DNA of 64,000 nt from Promethearchaeota archaeon (GCA_048938855.1 JBHLLT010000003.1:130800-194799); one strand, 5' to 3'. Counted from the first letter of the stretch, positions 19,212-30,194 are shown. Notes: a model not told the origin generated them from the letters alone. A program made the numbers and translations.

Positions 19212-20531
19212 TTATGTTGGGGTTTTAACAACTTTATTAATAAATAAAATCTCAATATCTTTAATTTCATTTAACGGCTTTATTCTTAAATTTATGAGGT
19301 TATAAAAATCTTTTATTGAACTTGTTTTTACATTCAAGAGCAAATCATGAGCTCCAACTAAAGCATATGTAGAAATAACTCCATAGTATTTAAAAACTCG
19401 TAATGTAATTCTATTGATTGACCCTTTTTCTAACTTCAATAATAAGATTGCTTGAACCAAATTCTTTACTTCATGAGAATAACGAAGTATAAATGTAAAA
19501 ACTAAAAGGAATATAACAATGATCAATAACTCATAAGGAAAATATTCATTTACAAAAATTACTGAAAAAATTATAGATCCCATAGGATCTATTAAATTCA
19601 AAATACTATTCCATTGACTATATGTTAAATTTTCTGATTTCCAATTAACATTTGCGATAAAAATTAAGAGATATGGGATTATAGTTGTAAAAATAATTAG
19701 AAAAATTATATCCCATCTTCCCAAAATCATTAAGATGTCCTTAAACTGAGAAAAAAAAGTTCCTATTTCATTGGATAGAATCGTTTCAAAGGGGATGATG
19801 TAGATTATTAATACAAATGGCATCATGCATATTACTCCAAATAAAAAAGAAAGAGACATTTTAAGGAGAAATCTAGGTATTTTATAATTCCGGTTTTTAT
19901 TAATGATAATCGTCTCTTCACTTGAATATGCATCTCTGTTGATAGCTACATAGAGAAATGAGATTGAAATACTAAAAATTAGTAGATAAATTATTCCATT
20001 TAACATCACCGGGGTACCTCTCAATGCTGCTCCAATACTACCTACAAATATTAAAATAATGATTGTGAAAAAGAGTAATATAATATAGAGTACTTTAAAA
20101 ACGTCAAATCTCTCAAAATTCACCCCTTTTTCATAAAAAGCAATAAAAATAACGCTTAAGAGAAATCCGATCATTGTAAATGTAATTGAGGTCGTCTTTA
20201 AAGTTAAGAAGAAAAATATTATGTTAAGAATTATCCCAAAAAAGCCCAAATATAGATAATATAATATATTTTTTATATCAAAAAACCTTCGGTTTTTATG
20301 AAATAAATTAGAAAAAAGAAACATAAGAGGTATAGATTCGTTACGAGTAAATCTATTATTAATTATTACAAGAACAACAGCTAAAATTAATAAAGCTATA
20401 CCAGAAATTAAAAACCTTAAAAAAATAACCATAATAATTGATATATCTAAAAATAAATCCTGCACAATTATAGGGATAAAACCCCATAATAAATTTGCTA
20501 AGACTATATTAATAATTAGTTTATTCTGCAT
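19212..20531 (-). CDS. EamA/DMT-family transporter fused to a C-terminal Lrp/AsnC (RAM) domain
   Basis: ANLLWGFIP...VIFLRFLISG, about 10 TM, NLIDPMGSIIFSVIFVNE; soluble tail QAILLLK...TYALVGAHDLLLNV...IKDIEILFI. Confidence 0.8.
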   Translation of the reverse strand: MQNKLIINIVLANLLWGFIPIIVQDLFLDISIIMVIFLRFLISGIALLILAVVLVIINNRFTRNESIPLMFLFSNLFHKNRRFFDIKNILYYLYLGFFGIILNIIFFFLTLKTTSITFTMIGFLLSVIFIAFYEKGVNFERFDVFKVLYIILLFFTIIILIFVGSIGAALRGTPVMLNGIIYLLIFSISISFLYVAINRDAYSSEETIIINKNRNYKIPRFLLKMSLSFLFGVICMMPFVLIIYIIPFETILSNEIGTFFSQFKDILMILGRWDIIFLIIFTTIIPYLLIFIANVNWKSENLTYSQWNSILNLIDPMGSIIFSVIFVNEYFPYELLIIVIFLLVFTFILRYSHEVKNLVQAILLLKLEKGSINRITLRVFKYYGVISTYALVGAHDLLLNVKTSSIKDFYNLINLRIKPLNEIKDIEILFINKVVKTPT

Positions 20532-20618
20532 TATCTTAATTGTTATTTTCGAATATACAATTTACTTCTCATAAATATATATCATAGAAAATAATTCATT
20601 TTAAATTTGATTATGTAC

Positions 20619-22583
20619 TTATAATTTAACAAATGAAGAAAGAGCAGAACCAATTCCTAAAGCGTTAGAAATCACAGCAGAAAAGAAGATTTGAATTATA
20701 ATGAAAGAGCTCAGTATTAAAGCAGCAAAATTATGAGTATTTTCAAAAATTAAAGTATTCTGGATAACTACGTATAAAAACATAAAATATGTAAACAAAA
20801 CTGATGGAAAAAATGACCATGAAGATGTTAATGACATGAGAGTGATTTGGATAACTATTGCAATAATAATTATAATTTTTCTTCTTGTGCTCTCACTAAG
20901 AAATGATAAATTAGGATAAATTAACTTTCTATAAAGAAGTTCCATAGAGAATAAAATAGGGAAAGCTACAACCGTCAATACAAAGTTTATATAATTCGAT
21001 GGCCACATAAATGCAAATGGATAAGAATATGAAAAAATAAAATATATAATTAAAAAGTAGAAAGTACAAACGATAGAATAAATGTAAACTCTAGCAAATC
21101 TTTTGTTTTTTATTTTTATATTTTTTAAATTTAATTTGAACTCTAACCTAATACGATCTTTTTTATGCAAATGAAATAAAATAAAAGCAAAAGAAAAAGA
21201 AAGTGCTATACTACTTAATAGGATTATAAGAATAATTATATAAGCTCCATCTAAAAAAGGGGAGGAAGGTAATGATGGTGTAGGATATGAAATAGAAAAT
21301 ATAATCAAGATAATAAGAAAAAATATTGTAATAAAAAGGGAATAAAATAAATGTTTTATTTGAAGTTTTGATATAATGAACTCTTTAAAATTAGTTTTCT
21401 CTTCCTTTTTCATAAGATTCCTATATCGAATCGTTAGAATTACTGTTAAATAAATAATAGTTATAATTAGAGAAGCATAGAAAATACCTTCAAGACCAAA
21501 AAATCTTTCAAATAAAACCCAATTGGTAATAAATGCTCCAACATAAACTATAATCTTTCCTATTTTCATACCTTCCTTAATTCTTCGAAGATTAAATTTT
21601 TTTTTTACTTCAACATCTAGATCGTTACTTTCTTTTAACTTAAAATATCTTGCAGAATAAGATACCAGAGAAAATATCATTGCAATTAAAATCCCTAAAG
21701 TTAAAAATAAAAAGATATAATTTATTATGAAAGTTGTAACAATTGGCCCATTAATTGACTCAGAATGGAAGAAATGTTGTTCAAACCAATTTATTGTTTT
21801 AATTATAACCATATCTGAAAATAATTGGTGGCCTCCACCAAATAAAAAACCAGTTATTGGAATTACAGTACAATTTGTTAAATCTTGAGCTTTGATAGCA
21901 TTTTGAGTAAAATTAAGAACCTCATCTTGGGTGGACATTATTATAAGGAGATTATGAGTATTTGTCGTATTAAGTAAGTTTACCGGTATATAATCAAGAA
22001 AATCATCCGTCTCAACGATTCCTAAAAGCGAAGGATTAAAATCAACTAAAGGTGCCCATGCTACTGTCACATTAAATCTATCATCAAGTGCTTGATTCAT
22101 AAGTACAACCATTCCACCAAGAGAATGGCCTATTAATCCGATTTGCGACACATTCACATTAGAGTAAAACGGCATCGTTTCTAATTTATCTAACAATCTA
22201 GAACAATCTTGTGCTATTGCAGGAATACCCTCGCCTGGAACCATATTATTAATACTACCACCACTTTCTCCATGCCCTTGATAATCTAAAGCGGCTAGAT
22301 AAAAACCACGTTTTGTAAGTTCTATAGGGATTCTAAGATCGAAATCCCTTTGACTCCCAATTCCATGACAGTAGATAACTAATGGCCTTTTTTCTTGAAA
22401 ATCAAGGGTTTTAGATGGATAGTATAAATTCGCATAAAGTGTCGCTCCAGCAGATTGAAATTGAACTCGTTCATATCCTGAATAACTCACTGCTTTGCTT
22501 AAAGATAAAAATGTTAATGAAAATGCTAAACAAATAATTAGAATGCTAATCTTTTTAAGAAAATTTCGGCTTTTTTTTTTCAT
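20619..22583 (-). CDS. Exported alpha/beta hydrolase with multi-TM C-terminal domain
   Basis: Signal/TM N-terminus, CHGIG, DYQGHGES, GHSLGG nucleophile, GGH; roughly 9-10 TM after aa 285. Confidence 0.85.
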   Translation of the reverse strand: MKKKSRNFLKKISILIICLAFSLTFLSLSKAVSYSGYERVQFQSAGATLYANLYYPSKTLDFQEKRPLVIYCHGIGSQRDFDLRIPIELTKRGFYLAALDYQGHGESGGSINNMVPGEGIPAIAQDCSRLLDKLETMPFYSNVNVSQIGLIGHSLGGMVVLMNQALDDRFNVTVAWAPLVDFNPSLLGIVETDDFLDYIPVNLLNTTNTHNLLIIMSTQDEVLNFTQNAIKAQDLTNCTVIPITGFLFGGGHQLFSDMVIIKTINWFEQHFFHSESINGPIVTTFIINYIFLFLTLGILIAMIFSLVSYSARYFKLKESNDLDVEVKKKFNLRRIKEGMKIGKIIVYVGAFITNWVLFERFFGLEGIFYASLIITIIYLTVILTIRYRNLMKKEEKTNFKEFIISKLQIKHLFYSLFITIFFLIILIIFSISYPTPSLPSSPFLDGAYIIILIILLSSIALSFSFAFILFHLHKKDRIRLEFKLNLKNIKIKNKRFARVYIYSIVCTFYFLIIYFIFSYSYPFAFMWPSNYINFVLTVVAFPILFSMELLYRKLIYPNLSFLSESTRRKIIIIIAIVIQITLMSLTSSWSFFPSVLFTYFMFLYVVIQNTLIFENTHNFAALILSSFIIIQIFFSAVISNALGIGSALSSFVKL

Positions 22584-22708
22584 TCTTATCTTTATTTAGG
22601 TTTTATCTTATTTAATCTTTTAATTTAGAGACATCTCAGTTAAAATTAATTTTGACAATAATATAAAGAGTTTAAAACAAAAAAAAAAATGATTTTGTAA
22701 TTAAGTAA

Positions 22709-25201
22709 TTAATAATATAATTTTTCTACCGTTTCTCTTACTTGCCAAATATCCCTGTAGTTGTACCTCATAGGCTTATAAGTCCAAGTCTCGTACAATG
22801 CAAGTTGATCATAGGCGTGCTTGTATTCAAATAAGTAATTCATGAATCCACTTTGCCCTGGTGGAATTACATTGAAAGCATAAGGTGCTGAATTCCAAGA
22901 GTTATGCCACCATTTATGTTTTGGCATTTCTACAATTTGATTATATGTGCCACGATTCATATAGTGCATAACAGGGGGCGGTAAGGCTCCAAGAGCACTG
23001 GGAACCCAGATTCTAACTGGTGTAAGCCATTTTTCCATATCTGGGCCCAATTCATCTCTTAAATTTATCACTGCATCTTTTAACACACGATTTATTACTT
23101 CATCTCTATCTTCTCCATTAAGATAATCATAGTTTAAAGGTAATTTTGAATCTTCACCATCAAAAATATGAATTAATGTGCTGGAACTACCACGCATGCT
23201 AGGTGGAAGGTCATCATCGAATACTTCATTATCAATCATGCTAAACCATTCATCAAAAATTGTTAAACCAGGATCATCATATGTAGCGTCCGCACTAGGC
23301 CATTGGGGGGGGTCATAATCATTATAATGAAAGTCCCAGGCTTCTAAATAGGGTAAAGCTGCTTGAATATCTGGATCGGTGGATTTACTAGCAGCATCTA
23401 CTAAATAGCTTAAAAAATTCATCCCATCTATATGATTATATCCACAATCTCTATTAATTGCAATCATATCATCTAGAGTAAATTTAACATCAGCTGATAG
23501 GAGTTGCATTATTCTTTTGACTCGATGACCTTCTCCCCATTCTGCATCTGATTCAGCATAGGGCCAATCTGTTATTGGTTTATTATTCCAGTTTGCTAGC
23601 CAACCTTGTTTAGGATTAATACATATTGGTATATAATCTTCACCGGTAACTCCTAACCATTCTTCTTCTCCTGTTCCCCATAAGGGTAATCTATCATCGA
23701 TTGGTCTTCCATCTTTACCTGTGGTAGGTTTTATTGGCCAATAACCTGAATGCCAATATCCTATATTTCCTTTGTTATCGGCCCAATAAAAATTATGCGC
23801 TGGCTCTACTCGTTTGCACGCAAAATCAAAATCCTTAATATTTCTAGCTTGTTGAAATAGTGACCAACCTTCTTCAGCAGCCATTTCCCTCTTATAATAA
23901 GGAGTCTTCATCGTAAAACAAAGATTATTATCAAGATCCCATCCAATTATAGGTCCATGGATGGTTCTATATACATTTCTTTCTTCATAGTACATTTTTT
24001 TATAACCATAGAATCTCTCAGTTCTTACTTCCATATCAATAAATCCCCCGTTATACCAGTACTGGTAAGGATTTGCAGGGTTTAATACTTCAATGTAAGT
24101 ATCCATATTATCTGTAACACCAGTAGTAGACGTCCAAGCACCATATTTACTAGCACCAATCAAAATTGAAGGAGCATGAGGCATCATCATTCCCACAGCA
24201 TCAATTCCAGCTCCATGCAACCCTACTTCAAGAACAATTTGGGGAATAGATTGCCCCATTTGCGGACCCCCCTGTTGAAGAGCATTTTTCGTAACAGATT
24301 TTAAAGGACTGACAACCCATGCATTACTTCCGAACTTTGTAGGTAAACCTAAGGAGTTAAACAGTGCAGCTTGTCCCATTTTAAATTCATTATACTTATT
24401 GTAAACACTGATAAAATCACATGAATAATCTTTGCAAATACTCGGGTTCCACGAATTAATCTGTTGTACATCAGGCCAAGCTCCTTCTTCTATAGGTATT
24501 GTAACTTCTGCTCCTGGATCATTTTGGGGATAAAGATCATTAAAAATGTCCCATCCAATAGCTTCTCCATGAAGGTTTATAAGCCCTTGTAGAGCACTTA
24601 CATATGATAGTTCATTACCTCCACATCCTCCAAATCTCCAAGCCATCATAACTACTATAGCCACGCAATCTTCAATTGTCCAAGGTTCAATTGGAAGAAG
24701 ACCATCGGGGAAAAGTACGCCTGGAAGATATTCTATAGGAATAAGAGAAGGATCACCTTCCTCATAATATCTTCTATGAGCTTCATCAATATAAGCATTA
24801 ACCCCATCAACGTAAGCAAACATCATTTCTTTAAGCTTTGCTTTAGGATCAGATGGTACCCAATCTTCAAATATTTCCAAAAGCTCTTCTTTACTATATG
24901 CCATGCTTCTAATATAGTAATCTTGATCAAAACTAGCTAATCCAAATTCAGCGAGACTACCATATCCTTGCCTACGATATAAATCTGCTTGCCATAACCT
25001 ATCTTGCGCCATTGCATAACCGCAACCAAACGCTAATCCCTCTTTCGTACTTGCAAAAACATGGGGAACTCCATAATTATCTCTAATAATTGTAATCTTT
25101 TTCTGTCCCCAGGCTTTTCCATTGGAACAGGCTGAAACTACAGGACTTAAAGAAAATATTATTAATATAGACAAAAATGCAATCCACAATCTTTTCTTCA
25201 T
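22709..25201 (-). CDS. Penicillin acylase / Ntn-hydrolase family, secreted
   Basis: Signal peptide, IIRDNYGVPHV, AQDRLWQ, GSNAWVV (beta-chain Ser), NWNNKP, PPGQSG. Confidence 0.93.
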   Translation of the reverse strand: MKKRLWIAFLSILIIFSLSPVVSACSNGKAWGQKKITIIRDNYGVPHVFASTKEGLAFGCGYAMAQDRLWQADLYRRQGYGSLAEFGLASFDQDYYIRSMAYSKEELLEIFEDWVPSDPKAKLKEMMFAYVDGVNAYIDEAHRRYYEEGDPSLIPIEYLPGVLFPDGLLPIEPWTIEDCVAIVVMMAWRFGGCGGNELSYVSALQGLINLHGEAIGWDIFNDLYPQNDPGAEVTIPIEEGAWPDVQQINSWNPSICKDYSCDFISVYNKYNEFKMGQAALFNSLGLPTKFGSNAWVVSPLKSVTKNALQQGGPQMGQSIPQIVLEVGLHGAGIDAVGMMMPHAPSILIGASKYGAWTSTTGVTDNMDTYIEVLNPANPYQYWYNGGFIDMEVRTERFYGYKKMYYEERNVYRTIHGPIIGWDLDNNLCFTMKTPYYKREMAAEEGWSLFQQARNIKDFDFACKRVEPAHNFYWADNKGNIGYWHSGYWPIKPTTGKDGRPIDDRLPLWGTGEEEWLGVTGEDYIPICINPKQGWLANWNNKPITDWPYAESDAEWGEGHRVKRIMQLLSADVKFTLDDMIAINRDCGYNHIDGMNFLSYLVDAASKSTDPDIQAALPYLEAWDFHYNDYDPPQWPSADATYDDPGLTIFDEWFSMIDNEVFDDDLPPSMRGSSSTLIHIFDGEDSKLPLNYDYLNGEDRDEVINRVLKDAVINLRDELGPDMEKWLTPVRIWVPSALGALPPPVMHYMNRGTYNQIVEMPKHKWWHNSWNSAPYAFNVIPPGQSGFMNYLFEYKHAYDQLALYETWTYKPMRYNYRDIWQVRETVEKLYY

Positions 25202-25415
25202 TTTATTAGATCACTTTTTTTTGGATTTACAATTCTGGCAAATTATTGCCAAAGTTCTATTTTGTACATTTATATTTAAACTTTTTTGTCGTATTATTAA
25301 GGGGATATTCTATCCCATTATCTTCCCTAATTGACATCTAGAACCTCTAAACTTTTAATGAATCTGTACATATAATAAAGTAGTAATAGAAACAAAGAGA
25401 AAAAAGTGAAAATAA

Positions 25416-26678
25416 ATGCCAACTTCAAAAGAATTCATTGAAATGGATAATAAGTATGCTGCTCATAATTATCACCCCATACCAGTAGTAATTTCGAGAG
25501 CTGAAGGAGTTTATGTTTACGATCCAGAAGGTAAGAAATATTTGGATTGTTTATCCGCATATTCAAGTCAGAATGCGGGACATTGTCACCCTGAAATTGT
25601 TGCTACACTAAAGGAACAAGCTAGTATAGTTACCTTGACTTCACGTGCTTTTCATAACGATAAGATGGGCCCTTTTCTAAAAATGTTGGCGGAAGTGGTT
25701 GGACCACATATTAATGACCCTAAAAATTCGGGAATTATGAGTCTACCAATGAACACCGGTACAGAAGCTGTCTCAACTGGTTTAAAAGTGGCTCGTGCGT
25801 GGGGTTATATAAAGAAAAAAATCCCAAAGAATGAAGCTAAGATAATTGTCTGTCGAGGTAACTTCCATGGTCGAACTATAACAATTGTGGGCTTTAGTTC
25901 AGATATTTCAGCTGCACGCTATTTCGGTAATTTTGGCCCCTATACCCCTGGTTTTAGAGTTATCCCTTATGGAGACGCTGAAGAATTTGAAAAAGTAATA
26001 CTAGAAATAGGTCCAGAAAAAGTAGCTGCTTTTTTAGTTGAACCCATTCAAGGAGAAGCAGGAGTAAAAGTTCCTCCAGAAGGATATTTAAAAAGAATTA
26101 GAGAAATTTGTACAAAATATAATGTATTATTAATTTTGGACGAGATTCAAACTGGTTTTGGCAGAACTGGAGCATTTTTTGCATGTAATCATGAAGATGT
26201 GAAACCAGATATGTTACTTTTAGGAAAAGCTCTTGGAGGAGGAGTATACCCCGTATCTGCATGTGTATCTACAAAAGAAATTATAGGTCCTGATGTAATA
26301 ATTCCTGGAACTCATGGAAGCACTTTTGGTGGTAATCCATTAGCAGCAGCTATTGGAATGAAATCAATTGATATTCATTTACGCGAGAATCTTGCTGAAC
26401 GAGCCAAAGAGATGGGAAATTATTTCATAAAAAGGTTAAAAGAAGTAGCTGAAAAAAGAACCAGAATTCCTATTAAGGAAATTAGAGGTAAAGGATTATT
26501 GATTGCTGTTGAATTCACTGAAAGTGCTAGAAAGATTGTAGAAGAACTTAAGGATAATGGAATTTTAGCGAAGGATACTCATTCTACAATAATTAGATTT
26601 GCCCCACCTTTAGTAATTACGAAGGATGATATTGATTGGGCAATTGAAATTATTGAGAAAGTATTTGTAAAATCATAA
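25416..26678 (+). CDS. rocD: Ornithine aminotransferase
   Basis: AHNYHPIPVV, LSAYS, LTSRAFHND, PMNTGTEA, EPIQGEAG, GKALGGG, HGSTFGGNPL. Confidence 0.93.
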   Translation: MPTSKEFIEMDNKYAAHNYHPIPVVISRAEGVYVYDPEGKKYLDCLSAYSSQNAGHCHPEIVATLKEQASIVTLTSRAFHNDKMGPFLKMLAEVVGPHINDPKNSGIMSLPMNTGTEAVSTGLKVARAWGYIKKKIPKNEAKIIVCRGNFHGRTITIVGFSSDISAARYFGNFGPYTPGFRVIPYGDAEEFEKVILEIGPEKVAAFLVEPIQGEAGVKVPPEGYLKRIREICTKYNVLLILDEIQTGFGRTGAFFACNHEDVKPDMLLLGKALGGGVYPVSACVSTKEIIGPDVIIPGTHGSTFGGNPLAAAIGMKSIDIHLRENLAERAKEMGNYFIKRLKEVAEKRTRIPIKEIRGKGLLIAVEFTESARKIVEELKDNGILAKDTHSTIIRFAPPLVITKDDIDWAIEIIEKVFVKS

Positions 26679-26680
26679 TA

Positions 26681-27598
26681 TTAGTTATCTAGATATAAAT
26701 AAGTTCCAGCTTTTCCTTCCAAGGCTTCCTTTATTTTTTCAATTGAAGTAATAATAGCTCTTTCTCCACCTGATTCCAAGAAGCTGATTAAAGCTTGAAT
26801 TTTAGGACCCATGCTACCGGCAGGAAATTGTCCCTCTTCCAAATAATTTTTAGCTTCAGATGTGGATAATTTATCAAGTTGTTTTTCTTTTGGAGTTCCA
26901 TAATTAAGAGCTACTTTCTCCACATCAGTAGCAATAAGCAATATATTTGCGCCTATTTGTTCCGCTAATTTAGAACTAGCTAAGTCTTTATCTATTACTG
27001 CTTCTACACCGTATAATTTCTTTTCTTCTTTTATAACTGGTATACCACCACCTCCACAAGCTATTACAATCCAACCTCCTAACTCCATTAACCTTTTTAT
27101 TTCACGCCATTGATAAATTTTTATAGGTTTAGGGGAAGGAACTACTTGACGCCATCCTTTTGATGTTTTTACTTGTCCTGGTTTCGTACGGACTGGATAT
27201 GCTGGACCAATTGGCTTTGTAGGATTTTTAAAAGCAGGATCATTTGAATCAACTTTAACATAGGTTAAAACTGTGAGGAAAAGCTTTTTTTCATCAAGAT
27301 CTATTTTCATAAGTTCCTCATCTAAAGTACTCTCAATCATAAAACCAATCTGCCCTTGAGTTTCTGCCACTAATATTTGCAACGGTCTTTTTGATACAAA
27401 TTCAGTTGCTTCCTGCTGCAATAAGAGGTTTCCAACTTGTGGGCCATTACCATGCGTTATAATTATGTTATAATCTCTAGCTAATTCTGCGATCTGACGT
27501 ATTGGTACTCTTAGATTCCTAAATTGTTCTTCTGTTGTACCTTCTTCTCCAAATTTAATTAAAGCATTCCCACCTAAAGCTACTATTAAAGTTTTCAT
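26681..27598 (-). CDS. arcC: Carbamate kinase
   Basis: ALGGNAL, THGNGPQVG, PTKPIGP, GGGGIPV, VIDKD, GSMGPK. Confidence 0.96.
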   Translation of the reverse strand: MKTLIVALGGNALIKFGEEGTTEEQFRNLRVPIRQIAELARDYNIIITHGNGPQVGNLLLQQEATEFVSKRPLQILVAETQGQIGFMIESTLDEELMKIDLDEKKLFLTVLTYVKVDSNDPAFKNPTKPIGPAYPVRTKPGQVKTSKGWRQVVPSPKPIKIYQWREIKRLMELGGWIVIACGGGGIPVIKEEKKLYGVEAVIDKDLASSKLAEQIGANILLIATDVEKVALNYGTPKEKQLDKLSTSEAKNYLEEGQFPAGSMGPKIQALISFLESGGERAIITSIEKIKEALEGKAGTYLYLDN

Positions 27599-27676
27599 AA
27601 AAGGTCATTCATTTATTTAATAGAAAAATAAGACAATTTTGCTTTTTATTTAAAATTTTTTTCATGCCTAAGATTA

Positions 27677-29638
27677 TTATTGGATAGCAGATTTAGACAG
27701 AAATGAATCAGTAAGTAAATTCTCTAGTATTGGAATATCTTTTATTTGAATTTCCTGGTTTGTCTGATAATATTTATTAAAAGTCTGCCAAACCGTATTA
27801 TTGTTTAATATTTTATCAATAAAATTCTGTAATTTCTGTTGAGCCAAATATGATTGACCTTTGAATAAATAGCAAACTAAGAATGGTGAAACGGCTTTCA
27901 TTAAAAGAGTATATTCGCCAAATTTTGCGCGCTCAAGTCCTTCAGATAACATCTCATCGCTGAAGGAATTAAAAGCAGTTAAAAACCCACTCCAGAGATG
28001 GTCTTTAAATGAAAACTCATCCATAAAAGCTTTAGAAAAAATGGGAGTTCCTCCTTCAGAAGTTATTAAAAGAACAACTGGATTTTCATTCAGTGCTTTT
28101 AAAGATTCATCAACATGTTTATGGAGCATATTTTCAATCTGATCTCCTAAACGTGTAAACTTAATCCTTTCGGCAATCGGAGCTTCAGAATTTTGCAAAT
28201 TTTCCCATGTATGTAATTGTCTTAATAACTCATCGTGTTCATTTGAAATTTCAATGGCTAATTGCTGCATTCCATATTTATTTGCAATTTGTTGAGCTTG
28301 AGTTAAATGTTTCCTTGCTTGTTTTATTTCTATTGTAATTAAAGCTAATTTCGCTTGTAATATATAAGTTTCACATAGAATATAATGTGAATGTGAATAT
28401 CCTGCAATTTCAAGAAGACTGTTAATTATTGGATTAATATCTTTCAGTACTTCTAAATTATTAGAGGTCTGCAATTCAGTTAGATATAGATTGCATAATT
28501 GAATTAGTATTTCTATTTTAAGCCCAAAATTTGCTTCTGCCTTTTCAAGTAGTGTTAATAACATATCTTCTGCTTTAGCTTTATCTCTTGTTCGAGGACT
28601 TCGTTTAAGTATCAAAGTCTCATAAAAAATTACCCATAAATCTATAACTGTGTTCTTAAAGCGATCTTTAATCTGTTTCAATTTGTCTAAATATATATTT
28701 GCTAAGTGAATATCATCTTTATATAAACATAATTCAATAGCAGTGCCAATAGGGCCGAAAGTTGTAAATATTTCTCCGATTTCTCTATAGATCTCGATAC
28801 TTTTTCCTATATATTTTAATGCTTCATCATATTTTCCTTTGTTTCCCATTATATTTCCGATTAGAGCATAACTCCTTGCTCTAAAAGATTCATTATTGAT
28901 TTCTTCAAAGATTTTTAATGCTTCTTGATAATAATTTAGTGAACGATTTAATTCTCCTTTATAAAGATAGCTATTTCCTAAGTGATTTAATAGAAAACCA
29001 ATTCCATACTTATGGTTAAGCTCCTCAGCAATCCTTAAACCATGTTCAAAATTGTGTATAGATTTATCTAGATCTCCTTTAGAATATAAATAAGTTATCC
29101 CAATGCACATAAATGTCATTGCTTTTCCTAAATGAAGATCTAATTTATCCCATAATGACAGACTGTGCTTCAAATATCCTAAACCTTTTTCTGCATCCTT
29201 TCTAGATATTAAAAATCCTTTAATCATATTTAAATTAGCTTCTGTTCGAATATAATCTGCTAATGATTCTTTTGTAAATGTATTAAATAATTCTTCTGAA
29301 TTTTTAATTAACTCATAGGATTTATCAACTTGTCCTTGCCAATTAAGTACAAGCGCTTTTAGGTTTAGTATTTCAACTGTTATAAGACTTTTTCCTAATT
29401 TTAAACTCTCAATATATGCTTTTTCACAGATTTTGAGACATTGTTCATGTTTTCCTACATACATGACTAATCTAGCTTGAAGTATTAAGCTATAGACCTT
29501 AGAATAAAGTGAAATATCTTCTTTTATTAGATATTCTCTAAGTACATTTATAGCTTCAGTATATTTATTTTCCTCTATAAGTTCCTCAGCAAAAATAATC
29601 TGTTCTGCTTTATCCTCTGTTATTCCTTGATCTTTCAT
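27677..29638 (-). CDS. TPR-repeat protein with C-terminal longin-like domain
   Basis: Several TPR-like repeats (e.g. LNHLGNSYLYKGELNRSLNYYQEALKI); C-terminal VLLITSEGGTPIFSK...SGFLTAFNSFSDE...FLVCYLFKG. Confidence 0.8.
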   Translation of the reverse strand: MKDQGITEDKAEQIIFAEELIEENKYTEAINVLREYLIKEDISLYSKVYSLILQARLVMYVGKHEQCLKICEKAYIESLKLGKSLITVEILNLKALVLNWQGQVDKSYELIKNSEELFNTFTKESLADYIRTEANLNMIKGFLISRKDAEKGLGYLKHSLSLWDKLDLHLGKAMTFMCIGITYLYSKGDLDKSIHNFEHGLRIAEELNHKYGIGFLLNHLGNSYLYKGELNRSLNYYQEALKIFEEINNESFRARSYALIGNIMGNKGKYDEALKYIGKSIEIYREIGEIFTTFGPIGTAIELCLYKDDIHLANIYLDKLKQIKDRFKNTVIDLWVIFYETLILKRSPRTRDKAKAEDMLLTLLEKAEANFGLKIEILIQLCNLYLTELQTSNNLEVLKDINPIINSLLEIAGYSHSHYILCETYILQAKLALITIEIKQARKHLTQAQQIANKYGMQQLAIEISNEHDELLRQLHTWENLQNSEAPIAERIKFTRLGDQIENMLHKHVDESLKALNENPVVLLITSEGGTPIFSKAFMDEFSFKDHLWSGFLTAFNSFSDEMLSEGLERAKFGEYTLLMKAVSPFLVCYLFKGQSYLAQQKLQNFIDKILNNNTVWQTFNKYYQTNQEIQIKDIPILENLLTDSFLSKSAIQ

Positions 29639-29780
29639 ATTGAAATTCTTTAAAAAACTAACTGGATCTTCTCATTAAATATAATAGATATTAGTATCAA
29701 TACCTATATAAATCTGATAAAAAAACGTCCTTCGTAATAAAATCTAATACAAAGTTATTGATATTTATAAATTTTGAAAG

Positions 29781-30170
29781 TTGTATCATACTATGATTGA
29801 AATTTTTATTTTTATTATGGTTTTAATAACTTCCTTTCTCCAAATTATACATATCTTTGAGGAAATACATCTAGAAGCCTATAATATCATAAAAGGGAAA
29901 GTTTCTAAGAAAAAGTATTTCTTTGCAGCTTCCATCTTAATAATTCTAAATTATTTCGTTATTCTTCTTCTCTATTTTAATAATCCAATTGGTAATTATG
30001 CCGCATTTTATACTGTTTTTATAAGCATGGGAAATGCATTAGCTCATTTAAGCATGTTTATTAAGGATAAAGATAAAAAGACTTTAGGATATGGACTACC
30101 CTCAGCCATACCTCTTGGAATTGCTGGGGTTATATTATTAATTTTATTAATACAATTTTTAATTTCTTGA
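29781..30170 (+). CDS. HXXEE-domain membrane protein
   Basis: HIFEE motif, NALAHL, YGLPSA; 4 TM. Confidence 0.75.
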   Translation: MYHTMIEIFIFIMVLITSFLQIIHIFEEIHLEAYNIIKGKVSKKKYFFAASILIILNYFVILLLYFNNPIGNYAAFYTVFISMGNALAHLSMFIKDKDKKTLGYGLPSAIPLGIAGVILLILLIQFLIS

Positions 30171-30194
30171 ATCTAATGATTATTAGGAGTAAGT

